Made by a program: the position numbers and the translations under genes. From positions 84,345 to 148,344 of the forward strand of contig CP129470.1 of assembly GCA_030583685.1 (NCBI GenBank): 64,000 bases of DNA. The letters run 5' to 3'. The notes below the pieces were generated by a model. That model was given only the letters and a program-made list of their open reading frames with translations. It ran no database searches and had not been told where the DNA came from. The stretch comes from Candidatus Dojkabacteria bacterium. Lineage in GTDB: Bacteria; Patescibacteriota; Dojkabacteria; GCA-002793355. Of the stretch, positions 18,843 through 28,037 are shown piece after piece; positions within the stretch are counted from its first letter, which is position 1; every line of letters begins with the position of its first letter.

Positions 18843-19304
18843 ATGGTTGCCGTAAACAATAACTATTTCTCCTCAAGAGGCAGGATTGGAAGACGAACCC
18901 TTTTTTGGGCTTCGATTGCATCAACTTGTTTGATGTTTCTCTCCGCCATCTTCTTCTTTGTCATCCTTTTTAGTACAACTCATGATCCAAGTATTTCGAC
19001 CAAGCTATTTGCATTTATCCAGTTCCTCATTGCGATACCAATCTCACTATGGATTTTTCTCGCTGCACTCATAAAAAGATTACGTGACTTGCAACTTTCT
19101 CCTTGGCTCTCTCTAACCGTATTCATGCCCTTTGTTGGTAATTTTGCGCTGATTTTATTCCTTATTGCCCCCGGAAAATATGGAGAAGTTAAAATGGCTC
19201 AAAAAATTGATTCCTCTCCACATGCTGAACAACCAATTCAACCCGAAGTAAAATCTCAATTTACTGCGTCACCAGAGGTATATCGACCCGAACAAAACAA
19301 GTAA
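18843..19304 (+). CDS. DUF805-family inner-membrane protein
   Basis: Track ORF 18786..19304 trimmed to 'MVAVNNNYFSSRGRIGRRTLFW'. The 'RIGRR..FW' opening followed by TM helices is characteristic of DUF805. Confidence 0.5.
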   Translation: MVAVNNNYFSSRGRIGRRTLFWASIASTCLMFLSAIFFFVILFSTTHDPSISTKLFAFIQFLIAIPISLWIFLAALIKRLRDLQLSPWLSLTVFMPFVGNFALILFLIAPGKYGEVKMAQKIDSSPHAEQPIQPEVKSQFTASPEVYRPEQNK

Positions 19305-19344
19305 TAACATCTGGTTATCTCACCACTAATTTATTACAAACACC

Positions 19345-20310
19345 ATGACAACCATCATCACCAGAAAACAAACACGCGACTATGTATTTACCGAAGTCGT
19401 CGATGCAATAGAGGAGTCCTACAGATTACTCGGACAAGGTCAGTTAGTACTTCCTCCCCGATTTTTCACTGACACTGAAAATGGCGGAGATTACTTGTAC
19501 TCTGCTGCAACAAATCTAAAGAGAAAAACCTTTGTCGTACGAGGTTCCGCCTTTATGCCCTGGAATGCAGGAAAAGGAGTATCCACGGTAACGGGAGCCT
19601 ATATGTACTCATCCTTTCTCACAGGTGAAGTACTCGCAATGGTAGAAGGAACCGAAGTCGTCAAACTACGAACCGCTGCCAAAAGCGCTGTTGCAGCAAA
19701 CTATCTTGCAAAGAAAAACTCCTCAGTAATTGGATTTGTTGGACTTGGTCAACAAGCAAAAATGCATGCAGAGATTCTGACTCAATTATTCCCGATAACT
19801 TCACTACTCGGATATTCAAGGAATCCCCAAGGAAACCCTGAACCTCTGACCTACATCAAAGAGAGAACAGGTCTTGAGGTTACACTTCTGGAATCCCCCC
19901 AAGCTGTGGCAGCACAGGCAGACATACTGGTTGTTGCAACACATGCAACGGAGCCACTTGTATCCTACGCTGATTTACACCCAGGACAACTTGTGCTTGC
20001 TCTCGACCATGCTGAATCTGTTGCTAAAGATATCGTGCTACAAGCGAAAACGTATGTAGACTACACCCCTACAGCAGAAAACGAAAATGCACCGGTCAAG
20101 ATGTTGCTTCAAGAAGGAAAACTACGTATAGAGGATATCGCCGGAGAATTATCTGACCTTGTCTTGCAAAAAGTACCTGCCAGAACTTCAGATGAAGAAA
20201 TCATTCTCTTTCAATCACTCGGAGTCATGAATGAGGACCTTGCAACGGTCGAGTACTTGTATGAAAGAAACAAAGGGACGGCGGAAAGTGTTGATTTAAT
20301 TGGTGAATAA
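19345..20310 (+). CDS. Ornithine cyclodeaminase/mu-crystallin family protein
   Basis: 'RTAAKSAVAANYLAKKNSSVIGFVGLGQQAKMHAEIL' matches the conserved OCD/mu-crystallin block and Rossmann fold. Confidence 0.55.
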   Translation: MTTIITRKQTRDYVFTEVVDAIEESYRLLGQGQLVLPPRFFTDTENGGDYLYSAATNLKRKTFVVRGSAFMPWNAGKGVSTVTGAYMYSSFLTGEVLAMVEGTEVVKLRTAAKSAVAANYLAKKNSSVIGFVGLGQQAKMHAEILTQLFPITSLLGYSRNPQGNPEPLTYIKERTGLEVTLLESPQAVAAQADILVVATHATEPLVSYADLHPGQLVLALDHAESVAKDIVLQAKTYVDYTPTAENENAPVKMLLQEGKLRIEDIAGELSDLVLQKVPARTSDEEIILFQSLGVMNEDLATVEYLYERNKGTAESVDLIGE

Positions 20311-20428
20311 TGATTACACGATTCCTCTATTCATGGTTTAAGAAAAAATACCGACTTTTCATTGGAGGAACGATTATTGCGTTTTCCCTCTGGTTTCTTC
20401 TCGCGGCATAGCTCTGTTACAATACCCA

Positions 20429-21088
20429 ATGCAACATACATTCCGCTTAATGCAAGTGCTCGATAACCTTGCCAGAATTCCACGTTCCGGGGGCGTTTTG
20501 TTCGCCGGGCTGAATCCACAGAATGGTGATTCGCTCGCTGAGCATTGCTACAAAGTAACGTGGTTGTGTTTACTTTTTTCGGCTCGACTGAAAAAAGAGA
20601 CGATTCTCGTTGACGAAGGCAAATTGTTGAAATACGCTATCACTCATGATTGGGTAGAAGCTGTATTGCTTGATGTTCCCTCCGGTTCGCCAAGTTATAA
20701 ATCATATTTTGAGGACCTCGATATTCGAGAGGTAATTAAAAATGCAGAAAAAAACGTTATTAAAACAATTGATGACTACATTTCGACTGAAATCGCCTTA
20801 ACACTTTCCGACGTCGAGTTGTCGCCAACAGAAAAAGCAATTTTTTCTGCTGCTGATATCACTGCCACCTTGATTGAAATATTGGAGTGGCGGTATCAGG
20901 GTTTGAAATATGAGTGGTTCGATTATATGTGGGCAAACACCTTCAAAAGATTAGACACTCTCATTAATGCTGAGCTTCCGCAACTCAAAGACTTTCTGAA
21001 TGAACTACAGACTGCATACACAACAAACAGCAAGCAACCGAATCCGTTTTTAACAAAAGATCAATTCCAAACTCGATCAAAGAATTAG
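20429..21088 (+). CDS. HD-domain phosphohydrolase (YfbR-like 5'-deoxynucleotidase fold)
   Basis: Metal-ligand pattern H...HD...D: 'LAEHCYKV', 'YAITHDWVEAVLLDV'. Confidence 0.45.
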   Translation: MQHTFRLMQVLDNLARIPRSGGVLFAGLNPQNGDSLAEHCYKVTWLCLLFSARLKKETILVDEGKLLKYAITHDWVEAVLLDVPSGSPSYKSYFEDLDIREVIKNAEKNVIKTIDDYISTEIALTLSDVELSPTEKAIFSAADITATLIEILEWRYQGLKYEWFDYMWANTFKRLDTLINAELPQLKDFLNELQTAYTTNSKQPNPFLTKDQFQTRSKN

Positions 21089-21142
21089 TCTGTGCTTTTC
21101 TTGACAATTTGGTTAATCATTTTTCCTGCGATATAATGCAGT

Positions 21143-22132
21143 ATGAATAAAACCATATTTATTGAAGATATCACCGCAGGGGCAACAGGTGTTGAAGAAA
21201 TTTTTTCTGTCAAAGAAATTCAAAAGCACACAGCAAAGAATGGTGATCCGTACTTTCGTGTCGTGTTACAAGACAAAACAGGGACCATTCAAGGGAAAAT
21301 TTGGAAAGATGCCATTGCACTCACAAAAGCTGAGACACTCGCCGTTGGAGATGTTATTAAAATCGACTTCGAAGCATCAGAGTATAATGGAAATCTTCAA
21401 ATGACCATCCGAAGAGCAGAGAAAACCACCGAATACGATGCAGGTGACTTAATGAAAGTTTCAGAAAAAGATTTAGAGGCAATGTACGCAAAACTCCTCG
21501 AATTTTTGGAATCTCTCAAAGACGCCGATATTAAACGCGTCGTCCTGACCATGGCAAAAGACCCTGAACTCAGTAAACGTTTGAAAACAGCAATTGCAGG
21601 AGAATTGGTACACCATGATTATATTGGGGGACTGTTAGAGCATACCCTCGAAATGATGAGCATTGCTGAAACTATCTTACGATTGTATCCAAGAGCCAAC
21701 CGAAGTATCGTCATGGGCGGAATTTTCCTTCACGATTTAGGAAAAATCGAAGAGTTGGGCATGGATAATACAACTTTTTTCAGAACATTACCTGGTTACC
21801 TAATTGGGCATATTACACTCGGCATGCAACTTCTTCAAAGATTTATACCTCCTGCATTTCCTCAAGAAAAGAAGCTTGCACTTGAACACATCATTCTTTC
21901 TCATCATCGAGAGTTAGAGTTTGGGGCAGTCGTTAAACCTGCAACGCTCGAAGCGATTATTGTTTCGATGTGTGATCTTTCCTCGAGTGTCGTGAGACAA
22001 TTTCAAAAAGAACTTGATGAAGGCAAAAGCGACGAATCAGGTTTTGGTGGCTACCACAAGTATATGAAGAATAGAATTTACCACAAGGAAATTATCGAAC
22101 AGGAGACAGAGACCGAGCCAGTCGATAGTTAG
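21143..22132 (+). CDS. OB-fold plus HD-domain protein, YhaM-like 3'-5' exoribonuclease family
   Basis: N-terminal OB fold ('KTGTIQGKIWKDAI...GDVIKIDFEASEYNGNLQMTI'). HD domain ('LVHHDYIGGLLEHTLE', 'IFLHDLGK'). Confidence 0.6.
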   Translation: MNKTIFIEDITAGATGVEEIFSVKEIQKHTAKNGDPYFRVVLQDKTGTIQGKIWKDAIALTKAETLAVGDVIKIDFEASEYNGNLQMTIRRAEKTTEYDAGDLMKVSEKDLEAMYAKLLEFLESLKDADIKRVVLTMAKDPELSKRLKTAIAGELVHHDYIGGLLEHTLEMMSIAETILRLYPRANRSIVMGGIFLHDLGKIEELGMDNTTFFRTLPGYLIGHITLGMQLLQRFIPPAFPQEKKLALEHIILSHHRELEFGAVVKPATLEAIIVSMCDLSSSVVRQFQKELDEGKSDESGFGGYHKYMKNRIYHKEIIEQETETEPVDS

Positions 22133-22207
22133 AGAAAAAGCACGGTATTCCTGTGTTTTCTCATTGTAGGGACTAGAAATTTTTCTGCAAATAGTGTATA
22201 ATTCAGT

Positions 22208-22492
22208 ATGTTGTTTCGGTTTCTTGCACAGATTGGGTACACCCTGCTCATTGTCATCGAGACGCTTCTTTCTCTTCGATTTATTTTCAAATTCTTAAAT
22301 ATTTCTGGAAACAATAGACTCGTTGGTTGGCTCTATAACACAACAGATAAAGCAATTGCGCCGTTTCAAGGAATCGTCCCAGAATCAGTTTCAATCCTCG
22401 GCTTTACCCTTGAATTAACCACCATGCTCGCCCTTTTTGTATTGATGCTGATTGCCTATGCCTTATATGAAATTATCAAAGCGTACTCATAA
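22208..22492 (+). CDS. YggT-family membrane protein
   Basis: 94 aa with two TM helices and a YggT-like N-terminus 'IGYTLLIVIETLLSLRFIFKFL'. Confidence 0.55.
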   Translation: MLFRFLAQIGYTLLIVIETLLSLRFIFKFLNISGNNRLVGWLYNTTDKAIAPFQGIVPESVSILGFTLELTTMLALFVLMLIAYALYEIIKAYS

Positions 22493-22494
22493 TT

Positions 22495-23265
22495 ATGACT
22501 GATTACAAACTAACAAATCTCCCCATTCAATTTGCAGAAGACCATATTCATGTTGATGAATCCTTTTTGGCGATTACCAAATCAAACACTTTTCTTACCA
22601 AACACTTGAGAAAATATTATCTGAGCACCTCTTCGGTTTACCAGAAAATCGTGTACAAATCTTATTTCATTGAGGAGAAGTTCCCTGGCCCATTAACTCG
22701 AAAGAATCTCAAACTAAAGGTAACGACCTTATTTCCTGATGTCGTTGGAATTGAATTTGCGAAAACAAAAACGGTCTATTCAAAAGAACACCCGCGATTA
22801 ATGGAAATTCTCAAAGGTGCAGGACTACTGTTACTCCAAAAAGATACTGCATCGCTTCTTGATGATGCGGTAACGTATGTCTTTGATATTTCTGAAGGTA
22901 ATAAAGTCGTCATTCCACCGAACTGGCACTACACCTTGGTTAATACAGGTAAAGAAACACTCGCAACTGTTGAATTGTACGAAGGCTCACAGAGTTTACA
23001 TCACTGCCATTGCGACCAAAAGGGGACAGGCGTATACATCATTGAACGAAATGGAGTTCCGGAAATTGTTAAAAACTCGCAATACAAAAACCTCGTCAAA
23101 TATGCTACAGTTGACCCAGAAAACTATGCAACTCGTTTCAAAATTGTCCCAACTCAATCTCTTGCTGGTCAGGTCGATACTGTCTTCGATTACTGTACTA
23201 CTTGTTCTCTTGATAGTTGGGAGCAATACCTTAACGACGCAAATAAAGGATTTTTCCCATTCTAA
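22495..23265 (+). CDS. Hypothetical protein (possible beta-barrel or cupin-like fold)
   Basis: 256-aa ORF. Beta-rich C-terminal half ('VVIPPNWHYTLVNTGKETLATVELYEG'). No confident family. Its 3' end overlaps the start region of the next gene. Confidence 0.4.
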   Translation: MTDYKLTNLPIQFAEDHIHVDESFLAITKSNTFLTKHLRKYYLSTSSVYQKIVYKSYFIEEKFPGPLTRKNLKLKVTTLFPDVVGIEFAKTKTVYSKEHPRLMEILKGAGLLLLQKDTASLLDDAVTYVFDISEGNKVVIPPNWHYTLVNTGKETLATVELYEGSQSLHHCHCDQKGTGVYIIERNGVPEIVKNSQYKNLVKYATVDPENYATRFKIVPTQSLAGQVDTVFDYCTTCSLDSWEQYLNDANKGFFPF

Positions 23266-24763
23266 CTGGCAAGTTTCCGCACAATCCCCACAAACAAAAA
23301 AGAAAACGTTTGACGAGCAGGTGTCTCTGCAATTTTATGTAACTGCCGATTATTCGATAACTGTTGAAGGAGTCATTGAATTAACGAACACTTCAGGTAA
23401 AGATCTCTCCTTGACGCAGTACGACATGAATCTGCCGTACTTTACCCTCCGCAATACGAAAATTGGGTACATCTATCCGAAGGCCTTCTTAGTTGACATG
23501 TATAGTCAAAGCAATTCCATTCTTTTTACGTTTAAGTCCCTCTATACGCGTCCAGTCGTTGTTGGAAAAAATGGAAAGATCACGTTTACTTTTTCAGCTG
23601 ATGTTGAAAAGCCCTATCGAGACCTCGGAGGTTTACGGACACTTTCTTTTCCTTTCATGCTTGAAGAAGAAAATCGAAAAGTGAGTATTACCGTAACGGT
23701 TAACGACCAATTAACGCTTCTTTCTGCACCAAACGTTGCAACACAACTAAAAGAACGGTCAATCTTTCCTGTTACTGATGCAACAGGGAAACTCTTTCTT
23801 TTTGGAATTTCTCCCGAACCCCTTTCGCTTACGTTCTCACACAAAGCAGAAGTACCTTTACCTCCCTTTCTTGATTCTTCCTCCTGCATCGACTATCAAC
23901 CGACCTCCTGTATTGGGTGCGAAACAATTAAAAGTATTGCTCAGCCACAACGAACCTATGCAATTGGAAAAAAGGACTCGAACACTACAGCACTTACCTT
24001 TTCAAGAACAATCGATACACAATGTATGGAGGAGAAGTACAAAAAGAGTACGACTCACTCTGAAACAACAGCGGGAAGTAAAATTGCTGGTTTTCTTATC
24101 TCCCCGGTCACACAGCAACTCATCCCTGCTCACTGGCAAACACAAATACTTCCCGATGGTGCAAGTTTAACAAGCAACATAGCGACAGCAGGAGTTCCGA
24201 CAGCCTATACAGAATCGCTTGGACTTCTCACCATACCTCTTTATCCGTGCAATTCGGACGATGAATGCATCCAGTTCGTTAACCACTTGCGTACGGTGGA
24301 AACATCGCTCTCGACAACCCCTGAAATCACTTCAGCGCAACTTGTCACCACTACAGAGCAGGTGCTCGTTGGCGTTACCCAACAAGGAAGGAACTTCGAA
24401 GTTGTGTTGAATAATCCCAGTGAGCATTTTGTTTCACTCGCGTCGATAACATTACAAGACAATCCTTTTTTCACACTTCAGCCGCAACCTTCTTATATTC
24501 TCCCTCCAGGAAGTACAACAAAACTCCAATTAGAAACGAGAAAACGAGTTCAGACCTCTAACCAAGAAACACTTTTGACATTTCTGATTAATGAGGAAGC
24601 AAAACCCGTTACCTTTAAGCCAATCACGATTACCGTTCTTCTCCTCGTCGAACTCTTATCTTACTTGTTTCTTGTTGTGGTTGTTATTTTCTTCGTTTCT
24701 TCTCTTACGATATTCTTGTATAATAAACGTGATGCAAAGAGCCATGTACCGCCGAAACCGTAA
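23102..24763 (+). CDS. Large surface protein with N-terminal signal anchor and C-terminal TM anchor
   Basis: Track ORF 22877..24763. Its first ~75 codons lie inside the previous gene in another frame. Start placed at 'MLQLTQKTMQLVSKL' before the TM segment 'ILSSITVLLVLLIVGS'. The start is uncertain. C-terminal 'ITITVLLLVELLSYLFLVVVVIFFVSSLTIFLY' followed by 'NKRDAKSH'. Confidence 0.4.
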   Translation: MLQLTQKTMQLVSKLSQLNLLLVRSILSSITVLLVLLIVGSNTLTTQIKDFSHSNWQVSAQSPQTKKKTFDEQVSLQFYVTADYSITVEGVIELTNTSGKDLSLTQYDMNLPYFTLRNTKIGYIYPKAFLVDMYSQSNSILFTFKSLYTRPVVVGKNGKITFTFSADVEKPYRDLGGLRTLSFPFMLEEENRKVSITVTVNDQLTLLSAPNVATQLKERSIFPVTDATGKLFLFGISPEPLSLTFSHKAEVPLPPFLDSSSCIDYQPTSCIGCETIKSIAQPQRTYAIGKKDSNTTALTFSRTIDTQCMEEKYKKSTTHSETTAGSKIAGFLISPVTQQLIPAHWQTQILPDGASLTSNIATAGVPTAYTESLGLLTIPLYPCNSDDECIQFVNHLRTVETSLSTTPEITSAQLVTTTEQVLVGVTQQGRNFEVVLNNPSEHFVSLASITLQDNPFFTLQPQPSYILPPGSTTKLQLETRKRVQTSNQETLLTFLINEEAKPVTFKPITITVLLLVELLSYLFLVVVVIFFVSSLTIFLYNKRDAKSHVPPKP

Positions 24764-25430
24764 ATTTCATCTCATGCTCGCGTTAGTGTGCATTGGCTTG
24801 TATGGGTTTACACAAACCTATCCATCAGTTTTTGCACAATCTGATGTCCCCATTACTACACCAACACCAGTTGCAACAACTCCCGACCCAACAGAGACAC
24901 CAATCGTTACGACACTATCTCCAACACCAACGACACAACGGGAGGACCTTATTCGGGCTGTCATTTCTGTTAAAACACAATCACCTTGGAACAAAAAGAT
25001 TCCCATTACACTCTCCATTACACCGACCATTTCAGGAGAAAAGCTAGAAGTGCGGTGGCAACGAAGAGCTGGACTTGTTGCAGATCCAATACTTATTAGC
25101 GTTACGCAACCTCAAGCAGGAAAAACATACACAGCTTCCTTTGAATTGACTCCTTTTGCCGTTGGGTACCAGAGAGCAGTTGCTGACATTATCTTGACCA
25201 CAAGAACAACCAATTATGTCATTTCGAAGGATGTAACCCTTCAGTTTAACCAAGATAAAACCGTCATTCCCATAACTCCCATGTACATTTTCTATCAAGT
25301 AGTCATGTACGCCCTGATTATTGGATTCTTTTTTATCGCACTTCCGTTTGGAATCTTTAAAAGTGCGCTTTATCTAAAAAATACGGTCATACCAAAATGG
25401 CTCGAGTCAAAAGTACGCGCCCAAAAATAA
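24744..25430 (+). CDS. Secreted Thr/Pro-rich protein with C-terminal TM anchor
   Basis: Signal peptide 'MYRRNRKFHLMLALVCIGLYGFTQTYPSVFAQS'. Linker 'PITTPTPVATTPDPTETPIVTTLSPTPTTQ'. C-terminal 'IFYQVVMYALIIGFFFIALPFGIF'. Confidence 0.45.
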   Translation: MYRRNRKFHLMLALVCIGLYGFTQTYPSVFAQSDVPITTPTPVATTPDPTETPIVTTLSPTPTTQREDLIRAVISVKTQSPWNKKIPITLSITPTISGEKLEVRWQRRAGLVADPILISVTQPQAGKTYTASFELTPFAVGYQRAVADIILTTRTTNYVISKDVTLQFNQDKTVIPITPMYIFYQVVMYALIIGFFFIALPFGIFKSALYLKNTVIPKWLESKVRAQK

Positions 25431-26185
25431 GACGGAAACTTATTGGTATTCCTTTAATGCTTCTCAGTGTGTTTATTGTCGTGCTTGCTGTCTTTTCCTT
25501 TATAACACATCGTTCACAAGGTATCGGAATCTTCAAATCAGAACTCGATAAAATTACCGAGAGATTTGAAACAGTCGAAGCTCGCTATGCTGATGCATTT
25601 GCAACGATAACTGCGAATCGCGAACCGATTGCTCCCTACCTGCTTGATACACTCGAAGAAGATTATCAACAGCTTCTTAGTGATTATATTACTGTTGTTG
25701 CATCACTAGAAGAGGACACTTCACCAATAGCACCTTTGATTTCTCGACGCGTTACCCATGTTTCGGTTCTTCGCACGATGAATGAAGCAATTCGAGTAGA
25801 GGGAATGATTGGCCCTCGTCTTCTTGCCTATGACGAGTGTTTGAAAAGTATTTCTTACCGCCAAAAGGCCACCGACATTTACAAGAAATTGCAAGTTTGT
25901 GGAGTCGAACTCGCCGAAATGAGCACCTTTCTCTTATCATTTCCACCAGAGAGTATCAGTAATTGTGCAGAAAAAGAGACACCTGGGTACATATTACAGC
26001 AGAAGCGAGAAGTGCATTCTCTTTTTGAGAGATATTATGCGTTAACCTCACAGATGAAGGCAAAGGACGCAGCGGCAACAGACCTTGCGTATCAACGAGC
26101 AATTCGCGATTTCAATCAACTTCCTGAATGGAATAGTTGTATTACTCAGTACCTGCAAGAATCACTGCTCGTTCTGGCAGAATAA
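25397..26185 (+). CDS. Membrane-anchored hypothetical protein
   Basis: N-terminal TM 'LIGIPLMLLSVFIVVLAVFSFI' followed by a helical extracytoplasmic domain. Confidence 0.4.
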   Translation: MARVKSTRPKIRRKLIGIPLMLLSVFIVVLAVFSFITHRSQGIGIFKSELDKITERFETVEARYADAFATITANREPIAPYLLDTLEEDYQQLLSDYITVVASLEEDTSPIAPLISRRVTHVSVLRTMNEAIRVEGMIGPRLLAYDECLKSISYRQKATDIYKKLQVCGVELAEMSTFLLSFPPESISNCAEKETPGYILQQKREVHSLFERYYALTSQMKAKDAAATDLAYQRAIRDFNQLPEWNSCITQYLQESLLVLAE

Positions 26186-26195
26186 TGAAGAATCA

Positions 26196-27086
26196 CTATT
26201 TTCTCCTGAATAATCCCTGAAACATGTTTTTTATTTCATCCATAGGGCCTGGTAAGGTCTTTGTTTCAATCTCTGGAATAACCTGTGGAGGTTTTTCGCT
26301 TTGTCCTGCGTCCGTTCGATTTTGAGCCATTTGTGGAGATTCAGGAGGAATTGACATGCTCGTCTGCGAAGGGGAGGGAGTTGCAAAGGAGGGTTGATGA
26401 GATAACCCTGATTCCGGGACTGCGCGCATTTGCTGGATATACCTATTTTTCTCAACAAGGAGTTCTTGCATGGTGAGTAATTCCTGCCTCATTGATTGCA
26501 TCGAGGTATCAAGTTGTTTCACTTGCAAATCGAGGTCTGAGACGCTTTGTTTAAGTGACGTATGCTCATTTGCTTTCTCAACTAACTTTTTATGATCGGG
26601 CAAATTCAGAAGGCTTCTGATTAAACCTTCTTCCGTCAAGGTACTAAAACGATAATAACTAAAATCTCTGTCTGCGGGAGCACGACCAAGCACCAGTTCA
26701 AACACCGTAGTAATGACCTTCCTTCGTTCCTCTTCAGTCATTCTTGACAAGGAAACACCAGGGACAGAGGACTTTTGTGCTCTTGGTTTCATTTCAAAAT
26801 TCTCATCATCTAGGTCTAAATCGTCGTCAAAATCATCGGAAAAATCATCAAACGTCGGTACTGCAGAAGCGGGTGAAGTGGGGACAGATGGTTGCTGTTG
26901 ACGTTGCGGAGTTACCCCAGATGCCTCCGTAGCGACGATGGAATCGTCGGTTGCAGTGGCATTTACCTGCTGTTTCATCGGAGGAGTAGCCGTCATGGTC
27001 GATTGAATTCGTGAAGGTGAGGCAGCCTGTGTGACCTGTTGCGCAGGCTTTGTTGGAGCCTGACCACCAGTAGTTACTATTGGCAT
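26196..27086 (-). CDS. Pro/Gln/Ser-rich protein with a poly-acidic run and a DUF4214-like segment
   Basis: 'FDDFSDDFDDDLDLDDENFE'. 'VITTVFELVLGRAPADRDFSYYRFSTLTEEGLIRSLLN' resembles the DUF4214 'LLGRxPD..G..YW' motif. C-terminal coiled coil. Confidence 0.4.
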   Translation of the reverse strand: MPIVTTGGQAPTKPAQQVTQAASPSRIQSTMTATPPMKQQVNATATDDSIVATEASGVTPQRQQQPSVPTSPASAVPTFDDFSDDFDDDLDLDDENFEMKPRAQKSSVPGVSLSRMTEEERRKVITTVFELVLGRAPADRDFSYYRFSTLTEEGLIRSLLNLPDHKKLVEKANEHTSLKQSVSDLDLQVKQLDTSMQSMRQELLTMQELLVEKNRYIQQMRAVPESGLSHQPSFATPSPSQTSMSIPPESPQMAQNRTDAGQSEKPPQVIPEIETKTLPGPMDEIKNMFQGLFRRK

Positions 27087-27087
27087 A

Positions 27088-27117
27088 TTGAATTATACCA
27101 TTTTTTGATGATAGAAT
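27088..27117 (+). promoter_or_regulatory. Putative sigma70-type promoter for tRNA-Gly (TTGAAT-18-TAGAAT)
   Basis: -35 at 27088-27093 and -10 at 27112-27117. The tRNA 5' end lies about 8 nt downstream of the -10. Confidence 0.35.
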
Positions 27118-27125
27118 TAAGTATC

Positions 27126-27199
27126 GCGGACGTAGTTCAGTTGGCTAGAACATTTCCTTGCCAAGGAAGAGGTCGCGGGTTCGAATCCCGTCGTCCGCT
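27126..27199 (+). tRNA. tRNA-Gly (anticodon GCC)
   Basis: Acceptor GCGGACG/CGTCCGC, D-arm GTTC-AGTTGGCT-AGAAC, anticodon stem TTTCC/GGAAG with loop TTGCCAA, T-arm GCGGG-TTCGAAT-CCCGT, discriminator T. Confidence 0.85.
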
Positions 27200-27452
27200 T
27201 TTAGCTTTTGCTCTTCTTGAGCAAAAGGTGAAAGTTGGCACGGATGAGTAAGTAAACAGCATTTGTAAATAAATATGTGCACTTCGGTTGCAAAGCAACT
27301 AGCGTAGCGTCAATCCCGTCGTCCGCTTGTATACATCGTTTACGATGAACCCCATATCATAAAGATATCTCACTTTCATTCTGTTCAAGTTCACCTATTA
27401 AAGGTAAAATGAATAGTATGCGAAAGATAAAATTACTCCTTAGCATTGATTT

Positions 27453-28001
27453 GTGAAAAACAATAATAAAGTTCTCGTCCTCGCGTATCCAGGATCAGGA
27501 AAAACCTACCTCGCAGACAATTATAAGAATGTCAGTGACTTCGAGTTTCAGCATTATCGGTACGATTATGGAGCGTATAAACACTTACCCCTTGAACAGC
27601 TCAAAGGAAGAACCGACATAAGAACGCCGAATTCTGAATGGCCAAACAATTTTTTCAAAGCCTTAGAAGAAGAACTTCAGCAGGGAAGAGTTGTATTGGT
27701 CCCCTTCGCGACCTCGCTGTTGGAAGTAGTGGATTATCTTGAGAAGGCGAATGGGACTAGAATAATCTTTGCAATTCAGGCACAGGAAACACTTGACTCA
27801 GTTCTTCAAAATTTCAGAGACAGAGGCAACAGCGAAGAGTTTATAGAACGTAGGAGAAATGATTTTCAAAAATGTCATGAGATTATCGCCGCATCGCGAT
27901 TTGAGAAGGTATATATTGCAGAAAATGAACACCTCAGTGATGCACTCTCACGATTGGGAATACCGCTTGAGAAAGGAACGGGAGTAAAAAATTATAGGTA
28001 A
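27453..28001 (+). CDS. P-loop NTPase / nucleotide-kinase-like protein
   Basis: GTG start. Walker A 'YPGSGKTY' at the N-terminus. Small (182 aa) kinase-like fold. Confidence 0.4.
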   Translation: MKNNNKVLVLAYPGSGKTYLADNYKNVSDFEFQHYRYDYGAYKHLPLEQLKGRTDIRTPNSEWPNNFFKALEEELQQGRVVLVPFATSLLEVVDYLEKANGTRIIFAIQAQETLDSVLQNFRDRGNSEEFIERRRNDFQKCHEIIAASRFEKVYIAENEHLSDALSRLGIPLEKGTGVKNYR

Positions 28002-28037
28002 AGGAGTGCTTCTATTGACTTATTACGGCACCACTCA

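Noticed and set aside
22877-23101. N-terminal 75 codons of the 628-aa track ORF as real coding sequence
   Set aside because: They lie inside the preceding 256-aa ORF in a different frame and precede the signal-anchor helix. The gene more plausibly starts at an internal Met (23102/23126), though some overlap remains.
27203-27232. Hairpin after tRNA-Gly as an intrinsic terminator
   Set aside because: A strong 9-bp stem, but no downstream T-run on either strand. More likely a processing or structural element, or part of the att-like scar.
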